Part shown: piece by piece, positions 40,136 through 53,603 of the stretch | Position numbering within the stretch: the first letter of the stretch is position 1 | Layout of the letters: each line of letters opens with the position of its first letter | Assembly: GCF_001194135.2 (NCBI RefSeq) | Contig: NC_068981.1 | Location: 66,453,567 to 66,517,566, forward strand | Length of the DNA stretch: 64,000 bases | From: Octopus bimaculoides | Taxonomy: Eukaryota | Reading direction: 5' to 3' | Program-made: the position numbers and the translations under genes | Notes under the pieces: generated by a model | The model's input: the letters and a program-made list of their open reading frames with translations, nothing else | Told to the model about the DNA's origin: nothing | The model's database searches: none

Positions 40136-41039
40136 CGGGACAGGAAAATTGTTCGTCTACAAAAACAATTGCTCCAATAGAAAACCAATATAAGAATAGA
40201 AAAATGGTAGAAAATAATCATAAAAAGAGAATATATTTTAATTAATACAAATTAGCACAAGTGTTGACCTTTAATTATATCAAGAGTGAATGAAATTGAC
40301 TGTAAGAATATATATTTTTACCAGTTTAACAAGTAAGCCAATTAGTTACAAACATATGTGTACAGTTTTATATATGTTGTACAAACTCATATAAACTAGG
40401 TCACTTCAAAGTCCCTATACATTTAAGTGGATAATTTTACAAATACAGTTTGTGGAAAATGCAAATATTATGAAGACAATTTCAAACTAGTTTAAGAGAA
40501 ATATAAATAAATAAATAGAGCAAATTCACACAGCAAAGATTTTCAGTGTTCACCCCTCCCCACCCTCGCATCAGAGTGCTATGTACAACTTCCCGTTAAC
40601 ATAGAAACTTTTCATTTGAGTATCTAAATTCTTAATGACCTCAAGAATACAAGTATGGAAATCCAGTTGCGTTAGATGTAAATTCTACATTAAATGTGAA
40701 GTATACTCTTTTATAGTTTTACTTGTCTCAGTCAGTTGACTACGGTCATGCTGGGGCACCACATTGAGGGGTTTTTAGTCAAACAAATCGACCCCAGGAC
40801 TTATTTTTTTTAAAGTCTAATACTTATTCTAGCAGTCTCTTTTGCCAAACTGTTAAGTTACAGGGACATAAACACACCAACACCGATGGGATTGTATAGT
40901 CTTTGAATGACGTCGATAGGTTGGTATAAGAGGTCAGATCTGATCAGTTTGAATAGAAAACAAGTAGAATATTTGGGCTGGATATGGCTGGTTTAAATGC
41001 TAAAGGATTAACCCGTCATCTCCTAGCATAAAGCTGCCT

Positions 41040-41238
41040 CTCTCAGGCAATAGTGCTGGTGGCACAAAGAAAAAAAAAGTACCCAGTGCACAATGTAAAG
41101 TGGTTGACATTTGGAAGAGCATCTAGCTGTAGAAACCAAGCCTAAGTAGAAAGTGGAACACAATGAAATCCTTGGACTAGTCAGTTCCAGTGAAGTTGTC
41201 CAACTCATGCCAGCATGGAACATGGATGTTAAATGATG
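41040..41238 (+). mobile_element. RTE 3' tail fragment
   Basis: ggaagagcatctagctgtagaaacc...tccaactcatgccagcatggaacatggatgttaaatgatg. Confidence 0.7.
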
Positions 41239-41604
41239 TGAAAAAACGGACAATAATTCAGCTAGCATAGATTATCCCTTCTACTCAAGAGGACACAGTA
41301 AAGCAGGAGCCAAGAGTTTTACACATTCTGTTAATCTGCTAGAAATAGTAACTAAATTTTCCTGAGGATGCATCCTATCTTTTTAACAGAAATAAAGTAA
41401 GGATGCACTACTGATCAAAGACTAAACATCTGAAACATGAAGTTACATGATAACCAACATTCTTAGACTTATGCAATAAAACTGGAATTCTCAGCGAGGA
41501 AAAAAAAACAATATAAACAGAAAGACTGCAAAAAATAAATCAAATATATACGATGATGATGAACATGTGATTCCCTAGCAGAACCAAAATTTAATGACTG
41601 GAAA

Positions 41605-41617
41605 GAGAGAGAGAGAT

Positions 41618-41662
<45 letters not shown>
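41605..41662. repeat. (GA)n microsatellite running into an N gap
   Basis: Seen directly; gap at 41663-41936. Confidence 0.95.
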
Positions 41663-42700
41663 NNNNNNNNNNNNNNNNNNNNNNNNNNNNNNNNNNNNNN
41701 NNNNNNNNNNNNNNNNNNNNNNNNNNNNNNNNNNNNNNNNNNNNNNNNNNNNNNNNNNNNNNNNNNNNNNNNNNNNNNNNNNNNNNNNNNNNNNNNNNNN
41801 NNNNNNNNNNNNNNNNNNNNNNNNNNNNNNNNNNNNNNNNNNNNNNNNNNNNNNNNNNNNNNNNNNNNNNNNNNNNNNNNNNNNNNNNNNNNNNNNNNNN
41901 NNNNNNNNNNNNNNNNNNNNNNNNNNNNNNNNNNNNTGTGTGCGAGTGGGGGGTTTGTTTATGTAACCCATACCCCAACATATCAGTCCAGCAAAAAGAA
42001 AGAGGCTAATAGATCAAGTACCAAACTTAGAAAATAATTATTGGGGTTGATTTGATTGATGAAAAACAATCCCTTCAAGCAGGTGCCCCAGCATGGCCAC
42101 ATAAAACAGCTGACATAAAATACATGTGGAGGGAGGAAGGGAAGTAGGGATGGCAGGATAGACAGAAAAACTTAGACAATGCATAGCCTGGTTCGTCATA
42201 GAATTTTATTTCGTCAGCACAGATTCAAAACCTAGCTATAAAAGTTCTCTTGTAGCAGACACTTCAAGTTAAACAGAAACTATAGACAGGCAAGATTTTT
42301 ATTTTTATTTCTCAGTTGTCAAAACAGCAACTTTACGATTATGATAACACACAAGATTAATCACTCTGCAGGATCATAAAGAAGACCTATCATTGATTAA
42401 GAGTGCATTTTCGTTATGGAAGCACAGAAGAGAAGCAACTCCTGCAGAATGCATATGCCAAGCAAAGACTACCTAGTTTATGACTCAGCTCTGTGTCTTC
42501 CTTTACCCTCATAGTAGCAGCAATCTTTTAAATATGGTTTTAGGGGAGGAATGCTGTGTGTGTCAGCTGTTTCAAATTTCATAGCAAAACATACACATAT
42601 ACATTCATATATGTTCAGCATATTAGAATGTGTGTGTACGTATATACATACATATATATACACACATATACACAGAATTGTGTTTGTGTGTTTATGTATA

Positions 42701-43201
42701 CTTTTATTCTTTTACTTGTTTCAGTCATTTGACAGTGACCATGCTGGAGCACTACCTTTAGTCAAACAAATCAAACCCAGGACTTATTCTTTGAAAGCCT
42801 AGTACTTATTCTATCATTCTCTTTTGCTGAACCACTAAGTTACGGGGACGTAAACATACCAACATCTATTGTCAAGCGATGGTGGGGGTTACAAATACAG
42901 ATACCCAAACATATATATATATAAACACACAATATATGAGCCTGGTGTAGCCATCTGGTTTCACCAGTCCTCAGTCAAATTGTCCAACCCATGCTAGCAT
43001 GGAAAGCGGACGTTAAACGACGATGATGATATATATATACAAACACACAACAGGTTTCTTTCAGTTTCTGTCTACCAAATCCACTCTCAAGGCTTTGGTC
43101 AGCCCGGGGCTATAGTAGAAGACACTTATCTAAGGTGCCACGTAGTGGGACTGAACCTGGAACCATGTAGTTGGGAAGCAATCTTCTTACCACACAGCCA
43201 C
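42701..43201 (-). mobile_element. SINE family A interrupted by an RTE tail
   Basis: 3' half at 42701-42935, head at 43030-43201. Confidence 0.85.
42938..43030 (+). mobile_element. Young RTE 3' tail inserted in the SINE (TA)n tract
   Basis: gagcctggtgtagccatctggtttcaccag...gacgttaaacgacgatgatgat, flanked by a duplicated atatatat(a/c)aaacacacaa. Confidence 0.88.
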
Positions 43202-43599
43202 TTACATTAAATTGTTTTAAAGGTTGAACTTAAAATAGGTTTTGGTCGGCCCAGGGCTACAGTAGAAAATAATTTCTAAACATACACAGCACAAGATGTT
43301 CACAAAAAAACATTTGAAGAAAAATACGTTGGGGACTCAACAAAATTGTAATATCATAATAGGGTATATTCTTACCACAAAAGATGTTGATAACAGTGTG
43401 AGAAGTATTAGAAATGGTGGAATGAGCCTTGCTAGGAGGATGTAGGAGACTATTTCCTATTGTATAGTTCATAAAATTACTTGAAGGGAGTGAAGAACTT
43501 TAACCAAATTTGCTTGATCTTTATGGCTCATCATTTCTTTGTACAGCTCAGTGTAGGAACAAGAGGAACTAACTGTAAGCTCCTCTTGTAATTTTTATG

Positions 43600-43860
43600 A
43601 TTAGAGTGTCAGGCTCATGATCATGAGGTAGTAAGTTCAATTCCTGGACTGGGCCTTGTGCTGTGTTCTTGAGCAAGACACTTTATTTCACATTGCTCCA
43701 GTTCATTCAGCTGTATCAGCCTTTGCCTTTCCTTTGGATAACATTGGTGGCATGAAGAAGAGAGGCTGGTATGCATGAGCAACTGCATAAACCTTGCCTA
43801 GACTTGTGCCTCTGAGGGGAACTTTCTAGGCACAATCCAGTGGTCATTCTTAACCGGAGG
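43600..43860 (+). mobile_element. tRNA-headed SINE of another family
   Basis: gaggtagtaagttcaattcctggactgggcc...ttgagcaagacactttatttcacattgctccagttc. Confidence 0.6.
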
Positions 43861-43879
43861 GGGTCTTAGTCACAATTAG

Positions 43880-45202
43880 GGTTGTTCTCATCTAACAGCA
43901 CCAGCTGCTAGTTGTAACACTAGCAACTCATCCACATCATCCTCTACAACTTCTTCAAACCCTACACATTTTGCAAGTGTCACAATACCTTTCCAAATTA
44001 AATGTAGACCTTCAGTCTGTGGGAAACTTGCATTATCATGAATACAATCAGACCATATATTTTTCAAGAACCATTCAAAGCTGAGAATTTCACTTAATTC
44101 CATGATTCAACCTTGTTACTCACAGCATCTATTATGTTGAACTTTTTCTAAAAGTCTTTAACTGTTAATTGCTTTCATAAAGTGCTTAAAAATTCTTCTC
44201 AGATAATATGCCTTGAAGTTAGCTATCAAACCTTGATCCACTGGTTGGAGCAAAGGAGTTGTATTCTTAGAGATATGGTTTAGAGTATTGTCTAAGGAAC
44301 AATGCTATGCAAGAAATATCATGTCTGGCACTGAAAATTTCTCCAGCAGGACAGAAAAATGCTTGTAAACCACCCTTTGAAAAAAGCTCTTACTGATCTA
44401 TACCTTCTTATTTGAATACCAAATCAGAGGAAGATTAAAATTTGTGAAACCCTTGAAAGCAACTGGATTTTTGAAGTGATACATGAGTAAGAGTTTTAAT
44501 TTTATATCACCAGTAGCATTTCCTCCCAGAAGAAGCATCAGCAGATTTTTGGAGGCTTTTAAATTCTGGTGTTGATTTTACTTCTTGAGAAACGAAACTT
44601 CTAAATGGCATACAGTGCCATAAAAGTGCAGTTTCAAAATTGTATACTTGCTCTGGTGTGTTACCCACTACGCTAATCATTTTTTCAACTGTTCAAGATA
44701 TCTGCTCACAGCCTCTATGTCAGCAGAGGCAGCTTCATCAGTCACACTTTTTTGTTGTACAAATTTAAGTGCTTCTTCACTAACCAGAAAAAGTTTTTGA
44801 TTTAGAAGTTTCCCCTTCCTTTTCCTGCAAATCGTTGTCCTAACTTTTGACATCTTTTTTTTTAATTAAAATCATATTTATTGGCACTTTACATCAAGTC
44901 TGATCTTCAATGTATACACTCAAGAGCTGTTCCATTTCAAAAAAACAAGATCCACATTACATGAAAAAGTAAAGTCTAAGCAGTAAATAGAGTAATTTCT
45001 TGAGCACAGGACTTAATTTTCCCCTAATATCATATATTGTTTTACTGTAGATGTTGCAGGCAATGTTTTGGCAATGTGGGTGACTTTCTTCTCTTGCCTA
45101 AAGCTATTTTAAAACATCAAACTTAATATGCAATGTAATCCCTTTACAGTTCCCTTTCACACAACTACCTTCAGTTCAACTTAATCGCTTCTCTCCAGAC
45201 AT
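43880..45202 (-). pseudogene. Tigger/pogo-family DDE transposase fossil
   Basis: MSGEKRLS...KGITLHIKFDVL (CENP-B-like HTH), EMEQLLSVYIEDQ, ETALLWHCMPFRSF, LLLGGNATGDIKLK, LLQPVDQGLIANFKAYY, GFEEVVEDDVDELL. Many stops and frameshifts. Confidence 0.85.
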
Positions 45203-45262
45203 CTTGATATCTAGATAAATCCAACATCAGCACAAACACTGAACAATTATCCACAACAAACA

Positions 45263-45745
<483 letters not shown>

Positions 45746-47269
45746 TATATGTAGTAAAAGTATACAGCATCAGGAAAACCTGTTTTGTGAGAGCAAAAAT
45801 CTGTCTAATTCCTATGGATGTAAGAATGGAAATGAGATGAAAGGGTGAAGGAATGAGATGAAATAAAGTATTGTATGATTACTGTTAGTAGAAGGATTCA
45901 TGGACACTTCACCCCTTGCACCTGCAAGTTCCATGTTCTACACACACACACACACACTTGTGTTGTCATATAACACATGTAGCTACACACATTTCTATCA
46001 TACTGATACTATTATTGTTGTTGCCAGTTGGTTTTGGTATTGGTACTGTTGGTAGTGGAAGTGTTCAGATTGTGTTAATTATATTGTCATACTATTTAAA
46101 ATACACTGAGGTACCATATTTTCTGAAGTCACTGTCTCATTTTAGATGGAATTGCTTATCTTGATCACACTGTTGCTTAATCAGGAGTTGATGGTTGGTG
46201 GTGGTACTAGTTCTAGTGGTTTAGGTGTTGATGGTATTGACAAATAGACAGACAGACTCACTGTGACTCAAGAAAATCTATATAATACACATAAATATTC
46301 ACAATGAAAAATTTGACTTCACACTCCATAAGTGTTTATAGTGATGCATGATATGAAAACATTTACATACACACATTTTATAAACATCTACATATGTATG
46401 TACATCTATGCATAATTATTAGTTTTTCCAAGAACACAAATAAGCAACCTTTTACTGAGAAGTGTGGTTTTTAAATTATCAAAGTTTATTAGAGCTGTCA
46501 TAATGGTGAAATCTCATCCCAAAATTAGTGGCTATTATTTACAAATTTCTGTAAGCACAAAGTTCTGCAACCCAAGGTAGTCATAATGCAAGGGATGCCT
46601 GTTTGTATAAATACATCTTTTAGTTTCTATCTAGCAAATGCACCCACAAGGCTTTGGTCAGCCCAGGAGCAGGAGCCCACGGTGCCATGCAGTAGGACTG
46701 AACTTGAAACAGCATGGATGGGAAGCAAAGTCTTAAATCACGCAGCTATGCCTATGCTTATTTGCACATTTAATGATATAGTTTACTTGATTATTTTTGG
46801 TTCAAGCTGAAAAGATAGAAGAATTAAAACAAATATGGTGCATAATTGGCTATTTTGTAGGTTTTAGGTAAAAGCAGAGAATTGTCAGAACAATGTAGGC
46901 ACCAAAAGTCCAAATTTCATGCCTACTATCATACAGCTCCACCCACTAAGTCATTAACTTTTTCTTAAAGATAAAATGTTTGGGGTTTTGCTACCCACTG
47001 GATTGCAAATCCTTAGCCTAATTAGATGGCTATCATAGGGCAAGCTCCTTCTGTCTAAGTTGCTGAGCTTACATTCTATAAAACCTAGTAAGTTCTTTGT
47101 TCTGGACATGCATTCATTCTGTCTCATTGTGCCCTGTTTCTCAAATTATACATTTAGAAACTATAGGTTGTTGGTTTTTCTTCTCTGATAAAAGGTTCCA
47201 CCTGGAATGCTAGCCATCACTACTTCATCTTAAGGCATTATATCAAACCTCTGTTGTTTTTATTTCCAA

Positions 47270-48240
47270 TTTGAATCATTTTCAAACATAAGGCAATCTG
47301 AAGAAAAGAGGTGTGGAAACTCAAAGATTGTTTTGCTAAACATAGGTTTAGAAGGGTTCCAAGTAATTCATGTGTCAAGGAGGAGTTAAAGCCATAACAT
47401 ATAACAACTGATAGGTTCTACGAGACAACATAGAATACACAGATCAAAGGTAGTAGTTGGACCAATGTACCAGCCAGACTGAGGGTGATATGGTGTGAGA
47501 TAGTAGATAAAGCCATAAAAGCTATTAGACAGGTCTGGAAATATTAGAAGAGGTGAGCAAGGAACAATATCAGGTAGGCAGAAAAGAAACTATGCATCAG
47601 GTATAATTCTGGGGGCAGCTGAAAGTAAGTTGGTCAATGTTTGGCAATAAGAATATCAGAAGCATGAGATGTTCTGGATAGCTAAGTAGGGTGTCACTAT
47701 AAATCAAGACATCAAGGAAAAGTGTATATTGAATGACAGCAGCACACTTACTCTCACCAATATTAAGAAGCAAGGTGGTGAGCTGGCAGAAACATTAATA
47801 TGCCAGATAAAATGCTTAGCAGCATTTCATTTGTCTTTACATTCAAAGTTCAAATTCCACCTAGGTCAACTTACCCTTTCAGGAGTCAATGAAATAAGTA
47901 CCAGTAGAGCACTGGGGTAGATCCTCTTTTCTGAACTTGCTGGCCTTGAGCCAACATTTGAAATAAGTGTTAAGAAGGAGCTTTCAAATGTTCAGAGCGG
48001 AAGCTGAATGAGTAGAATGAATGAGAACAAGAGAGGGGCACTGTCTCAAGTACATTCTAAAGGACTAGTTAGTGAAACTAACAGCTGTATAGTCAGAAAG
48101 AACATGAAGGCTGGTAAAATAAACTGTCCACCAAGGATAGTTATTAAGATGCTGAAAATATCCAGTGAAATAGGGAGAGCACTATAGTCACTCACAGAAT
48201 CAATCAGGTAGTAGGGGTGTTGCCACACCTCTGACTAACA
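47270..48240 (-). pseudogene. CR1/L2/Jockey-group RT fossil in two pieces, split by a SINE at about 47770-47980
   Basis: 48040-48240 reads SALPISLDIFSILITIL..DSLF..HVLSD, resembling the YRPISLLS.FSK.LE...L..H..LSD.Q motif. 47270-47700 resembles an RT C-terminus. Highly decayed. Confidence 0.5.
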
Positions 48241-48439
48241 ATGACAATGGAGATGCTTTGTAAAGTACTATCTTCAGAGGTATAAAACTGTAAATCTAGC
48301 AAAAATAAAAGTTTCAGTTAGCAAAGTGGGTAGGAATTCCATAAAATGTACCCAGTGAAAACAATGCCCGAAGAAGAGGTGTAGTGGTATCACAGATAGG
48401 TTAACAGATGCACAAGAATAGGTAGAGCAATTTTCGAAA

Positions 48440-49020
48440 TGATTTCTTTGAAATGTTCAAAAGGCTCCTCAGAAATGAGACTGATAGCTTCTCTAAACAA
48501 AATGGCCTAATAAGAAGTGGAAGAGGGTGCACAGAAAGCATAGTGGTCAGAATAAGAGCTGGGTGGAAAAATTTCAGAAAGCTGTTACCTATGCAAGCAA
48601 CAAAGGAATCTTCTCTCTGTGTAAAGAGTGGATCATATGATGATTGTGTATGTAGTACAATATTGCATGAGCATTGAATACAGATGATGTACAAAGGCTG
48701 GGAAAAAGATAATGCAAGAATGTTCTGCATGTAAAATGGAGTACAAAAGAGAAAAATTAGGTTATAAGAGAAATCAGATATAGTGTACAAGGAAGATTGT
48801 ACTGGTACAAACATATGATGTGTATGAAGGATGACAGATGGGTAAAGAATTTCTAAGAGATCCAGGTGGAAGGAATCTGCAGAAGACCAAGGAAAATATA
48901 GGGATGAGCAGTGAAAAACTGATCTCAGGATGTGAACCTCATAAAAGAGATGATGAGTGTCCTTAACAAGTAGAGACAATGTTGGAGAAGACCTGTCCAA
49001 CCCATGCAAACATGGAAAAA
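48440..49020 (+). mobile_element. Old degenerate RTE 3' portion
   Basis: GRGCTESIVVRIRAGWKNFRKLLP...CVCSTILHE parallels GGGCSESVTIRIRIAWAKFRKLLP...CVRTAMLHGSE at about 52.8 kb. Confidence 0.75.
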
Positions 49021-49454
49021 ATTGAATGTAAAAGTATGAGGAGTCGCAGAATCACTATTTGTGTGTAACAGCAGTCTTAGATATTTAAAAAAAAACACAT
49101 GAAATAAAAATAAAACATGGCCATGTTGCCACAATATATAAGGTAGTGGATCACAAGTTCATATATTAAATTCACTCAAATCCACTGCATGCAATTATTT
49201 TAGTGAAGATTTACTCTGGACACATATTTCTAGTAACAAGCCTCACTACAGATTGAGACATAGGCTTCCCTAGAGAAAACATGGACTCCACTTCATGTCT
49301 TTCTTACAAACATATGCTGCTGCTACATCATAGCAGAAGATAAGATAAGCAATAACAGAATTATCCAACTGTAAACAAATGTTTAATTTAGTAAAAGCCA
49401 TCCCCGTTTGGTTAGGTGGGATGGGTCATACAAAAACAAATGCTATATATGTAT

Positions 49455-49860
49455 CATCATCATTATCATTTTAATGTTCACTTTTTTATGCTTGCACAAG
49501 TCAGACAAAAGTCACTGGGGCAAATTTTTCTATAGCCAGAGACTTTTCCTGTCACCAGCCCTCACCTGTTTCTAAGCAAAGTAATATTTCCCCCTGGCCA
49601 GACATGTTTTCATAGAAGACGTGAAACAAACAACACCACTTGTATGATGTTCTTTTACAAATAAAACATGATGTCAAGATAAGGACACACAAACACTTGA
49701 CAGGCTCCTTTCAGTTTTGGCCTACCAAATCTACTCACAAGGCTTTGGCCAGCCTGAGGTTACAGCAGGAGACGTTTGCCTGAGTGTCACAGAGTAGAAC
49801 TGCACCTGAAACCATGTGAACAAGAAGCAAACTTCTTAACCACAGAATCAAGGCTGCATC
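49455..49860 (-). mobile_element. SINE family B
   Basis: B-type tail at 49455-49700 plus family-A head at 49700-49860. Confidence 0.7.
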
Positions 49861-50591
49861 AACATGCCATGCTTGTGTTGAGAGAGAGGTTGTTTGCAAT
49901 TGATTAATGTGTCACAAAAGATCATAGTTCAAAGTACTTGCTGATGTTTGTCTGTTCTATAAAAATAGATTAAAAGTGAGAAGTAAATAAACCAGTATTA
50001 TTTTGGTGTACATTCACACTCATAACCTAAAGATTACCAGTGGTAAATCCAGTTTTCTTTTCTGCCCATAAATACATATAAATAGCAACCTAATAGAGTA
50101 GGGATTCTGAATAAAAACTTATACAGAAAAAAGAGAAACTTCTCACTCCTGCTACAGTTAATGTCTTGTAAAACAAAATGTAACTAGTCTAAACAGGAAA
50201 GTAGTTGACAGGAAGAACATCCACATGTAAAAACAATATGAGATACACAACAACAAAGATTGGTGGCTTGGCTCCATGGCCGTGAGTGCCAGATGATGAA
50301 GGGTAGCAACAAGAGGCAAGACACAGTGAGATCCATCCAACCAGTGCTAGTATGGAAAAATAAATGGATATAAAATGCATCTACATACATTTAAATTACT
50401 CCTCTTCAAATTACACAATCTGTAATTACCAACATATGTATTTGCTGGATGAACATAGTTTGATTAAAGTTCAGATTACAGGTATTTAAAATAAAACAGT
50501 TTTGCTAAAGTCACTAAAGATTTTTTTTTATCACCAGAAAAGCTCTTCTTGGGTGTTACCAACATGGCCTGTACACACACACACACACACA

Positions 50592-50648
<57 letters not shown>

Positions 50649-51519
50649 AATTTGCCAACTGTAGAGTAGGAGGTGGAAGAAGATATGTTTTGATGAACTT
50701 AGGTGAAACATAACATGTGTACAAAGAAGTAGTTTCTTGAATACAAATTTGAGAAATGAACATAGCTGTGTAGTTAGGAAGTTTATTTTGCAACAAGGTA
50801 GTTTCAGGTTCAATCCCACTGAGCAGTACTTTAAGTAAGTGCCTTTTACTACACCCTCAGGACAACTGAAGCCTTCTGAATACAATCTGGTAGAGAGAAA
50901 CTTTGCAGAAGCTCATTAGAGGGAACATTCCTGTTCTTAGATAACAGACTCAATCTGATAATCCTAATTTTAGAAGCCGACTCTTTTGCAAGTATTCAGG
51001 ACAAGTCACTAGTCTGAGAGTTAGCTTCCTCCCACCAGTTTTAGGGGCCCTGAAAAGGATCACAAGCACTGTTCTTCATCTGATGACAAAGAGGCACTTA
51101 CATATGGCACTTTGGGGCTTCCACAAATTTAAGCTTAACAATAAAAACCAAGCTGAAATCATTTTACATCTATTTATGCATGCTGGCATGGAGTGGAAAG
51201 ATTTGCTCCAGCACAGTAACTCACCACATACTGTGCTCTCTTGTCAGCTCTTTCATGGCAGTCCAGCATCCCAATATTAGATTTTATCACATCTTCCTCT
51301 TCTGCAGGATGCTACTTGGACAACTTAATACTTCTGTCCTCCTACATATGCATCACATGCATGCTGACATTACACATTCAATATAGAAAGCTTGTATCAG
51401 TTTCTCTGCAGTCTTCACACATCTTCTACATTCAGTTTCTTTGTCTCTCTACTACGCAATATTGCACTTCACACACATGAAGTAGTATCAAAAGGTTCCC
51501 AGACTAGCACTTGCTTTTA

Positions 51520-53603
51520 ATGTTTCAGAAAAGAAAGAGGCTTGGAGAAGCTATTATGAAAGACTGCTAAACGTGGAGAACGAATGGGAGGAGGAGAGCC
51601 TGCCAAATGTTGACCCAGTAGAGGGACCAGCTATCCAAATAGATAGCTCCCTTGTAGATAAAGCAATTAAGGGTATGAAGGCAGGAAAAGCCCCTGGTCC
51701 ATCAGGAATCACTGCTGAGATGCTTAAAATATCTGGTGGTGTGGACTATGGCTTAGTCACCCACATTGTAAACCAGATAGTTCATGATGGAGTCATACCC
51801 AATGACTGGCGTAGCAGCACCATAGTCAACTGCTACAAGGGTAAAGGTGATGCTCTAGATAGAAATAACTACAGGAGTATCAAACTGCTGGATCAGGTGA
51901 TGAAGGTCACAGAGAGGGTCATAGCCCATCTCATTAGGGAGAGAGTCTGCTTAGATGAGATGCAGTTCGGTTTTGTGCCAAGTAGAAGCACCACTGATGC
52001 CATGTTCCTGGTTTGACAACTGCAGGAGAAATACCTAGCTAAAGATAAACCCCTATACTTAGCTTTTGTGGACTTGGAGAAAGCCTTTGACAGGGTCCCC
52101 CGATCCCTTATCTGGTGGGCGATGCAGAAACTGGGGATTGACGAATGGTTAATAAAGGCTGTACAGGCCCTATACAGAGAGGCCGTTAGTAAGGTTAGGA
52201 TTGGCAATGAGTATAGTGAAGAATTCCAGGTAGAAGTAGGGGTCCACCAAGGTTCAGCCCTCAGTCCCCTTTTATTCATCATAATTCTCCAGGCAATAAC
52301 AGAGGAATTCAAGATTGGTTGCCCCTGGGATCTCTTCTATGCTGATGACGTGGCCCTCATTGCAGAATCACTACCAGAACTAGAAAAGAAATTTCAGGTG
52401 TGGAAGCAAGGTTTAGAATCAAAAGGCCTTAGAGTCAATGTAGCAAAGACCAAAGTTCTAGTAAGTAGGAAGGCGAACACATCACACACACCCTCAGGTA
52501 GGTGGCCCTGCTCTATCAGTAGAAGAGGTGTAGGTAGAAACTCTGTAAGATGTACCCAGTGTAAGCTATGGACACATAAGAGGTGCAGCAACATCAAAGG
52601 AAAATTAACCGAGAAGACAGCTTTCGTGTGCAGCAGATGCACAGGGGGCAATAAACACCACAGGTGCACAGAAAACAGATTCCATCACATGCCAGGGGGA
52701 GAATCTAGAAGTAGTTGACAGCTTCCGTTACCTAGGTGACCAAGTCTGTAGTGGGGGTGGATGCTCAGAGAGTGTTACCATTAGAATAAGAATAGCCTGG
52801 GCAAAGTTCAGAAAGCTTCTACTCCTACTGGTGTCAAAGGGCCTCTCGCTTAGAGTGAAAGGTAGATTGTATGATGCATGTGTGCGAACTGCCATGCTTC
52901 ACGGCAGTGAAACATGGGCTGTGATTCCAGAGGACATGCATAGGCTTGAAAGAAATGAAGCTAGTATGACCTGCTGGATGTGTAAGGTCAGTGTGCCCAC
53001 ACAACAGAGAAATAAGAAGCATAGGATGTGGCGTGCAAGAGAGATATTTGTGCTGGTATGGTCATGTACTACAGATAGATGACCTTCGAACGTTGAGCCT
53101 CACAGAGGCAATGACGAAAGACCAAGACCTCCGGAGAGATGCTGCGACTGCGAAGACCCGGCAAATAAAATGAGTTCACGGCTGTATCCTACACCAGTTT
53201 CGCATAACCAGCCCCAGCCCATTCAAAAGTACCTTGGATCGTAGGGCAACCTGCCGTGCTTGAGGAGACCTATTGAGTCAAGTACATCAATATCAAAATG
53301 AAAATCAAATGGAAATTGTAGTTGTGATACCCATGCCAGTGGCACATAAAAAGCACCATCCAAACATGGCTGATGCCAGTGCTGCCTTGACTGGCTTCTG
53401 TGCCGGTGGCATGTAAAAAGCACCAACCGATCGTGGCCGTTGCCAGCCTCGTTTGGGTACGTAAAAAGCACCCACTACACTCATGGAGTGGTTGGCATTA
53501 GGAAGGGCATCCAGCTGTAGAAACACTACCAGATCAGATTGGAGCCTGGTGCAGCTTCCTGGCTTCCCAGACCCCAGTCAAACCGTCCAACCCATGCTAG
53601 CAT
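51520..53603 (+). mobile_element. 5'-truncated RTE LINE with RT domain, PHD-like Cys cluster and 3'UTR (inactivated)
   Basis: RT motifs NYRSIKLLD, QFGFVP.RSTTDA, DLEKAFDRVP, GVHQGSALSPLLF, YADD. An in-frame TGA at 52014-52016 (likely CGA>TGA) and later frameshifts. Confidence 0.95.

Noticed and set aside
43377-43457. 81-nt phase-1-compatible open segment ending at G|GTAAGA
   Set aside because: The acceptor has no polypyrimidine tract and the peptide is unrecognisable.
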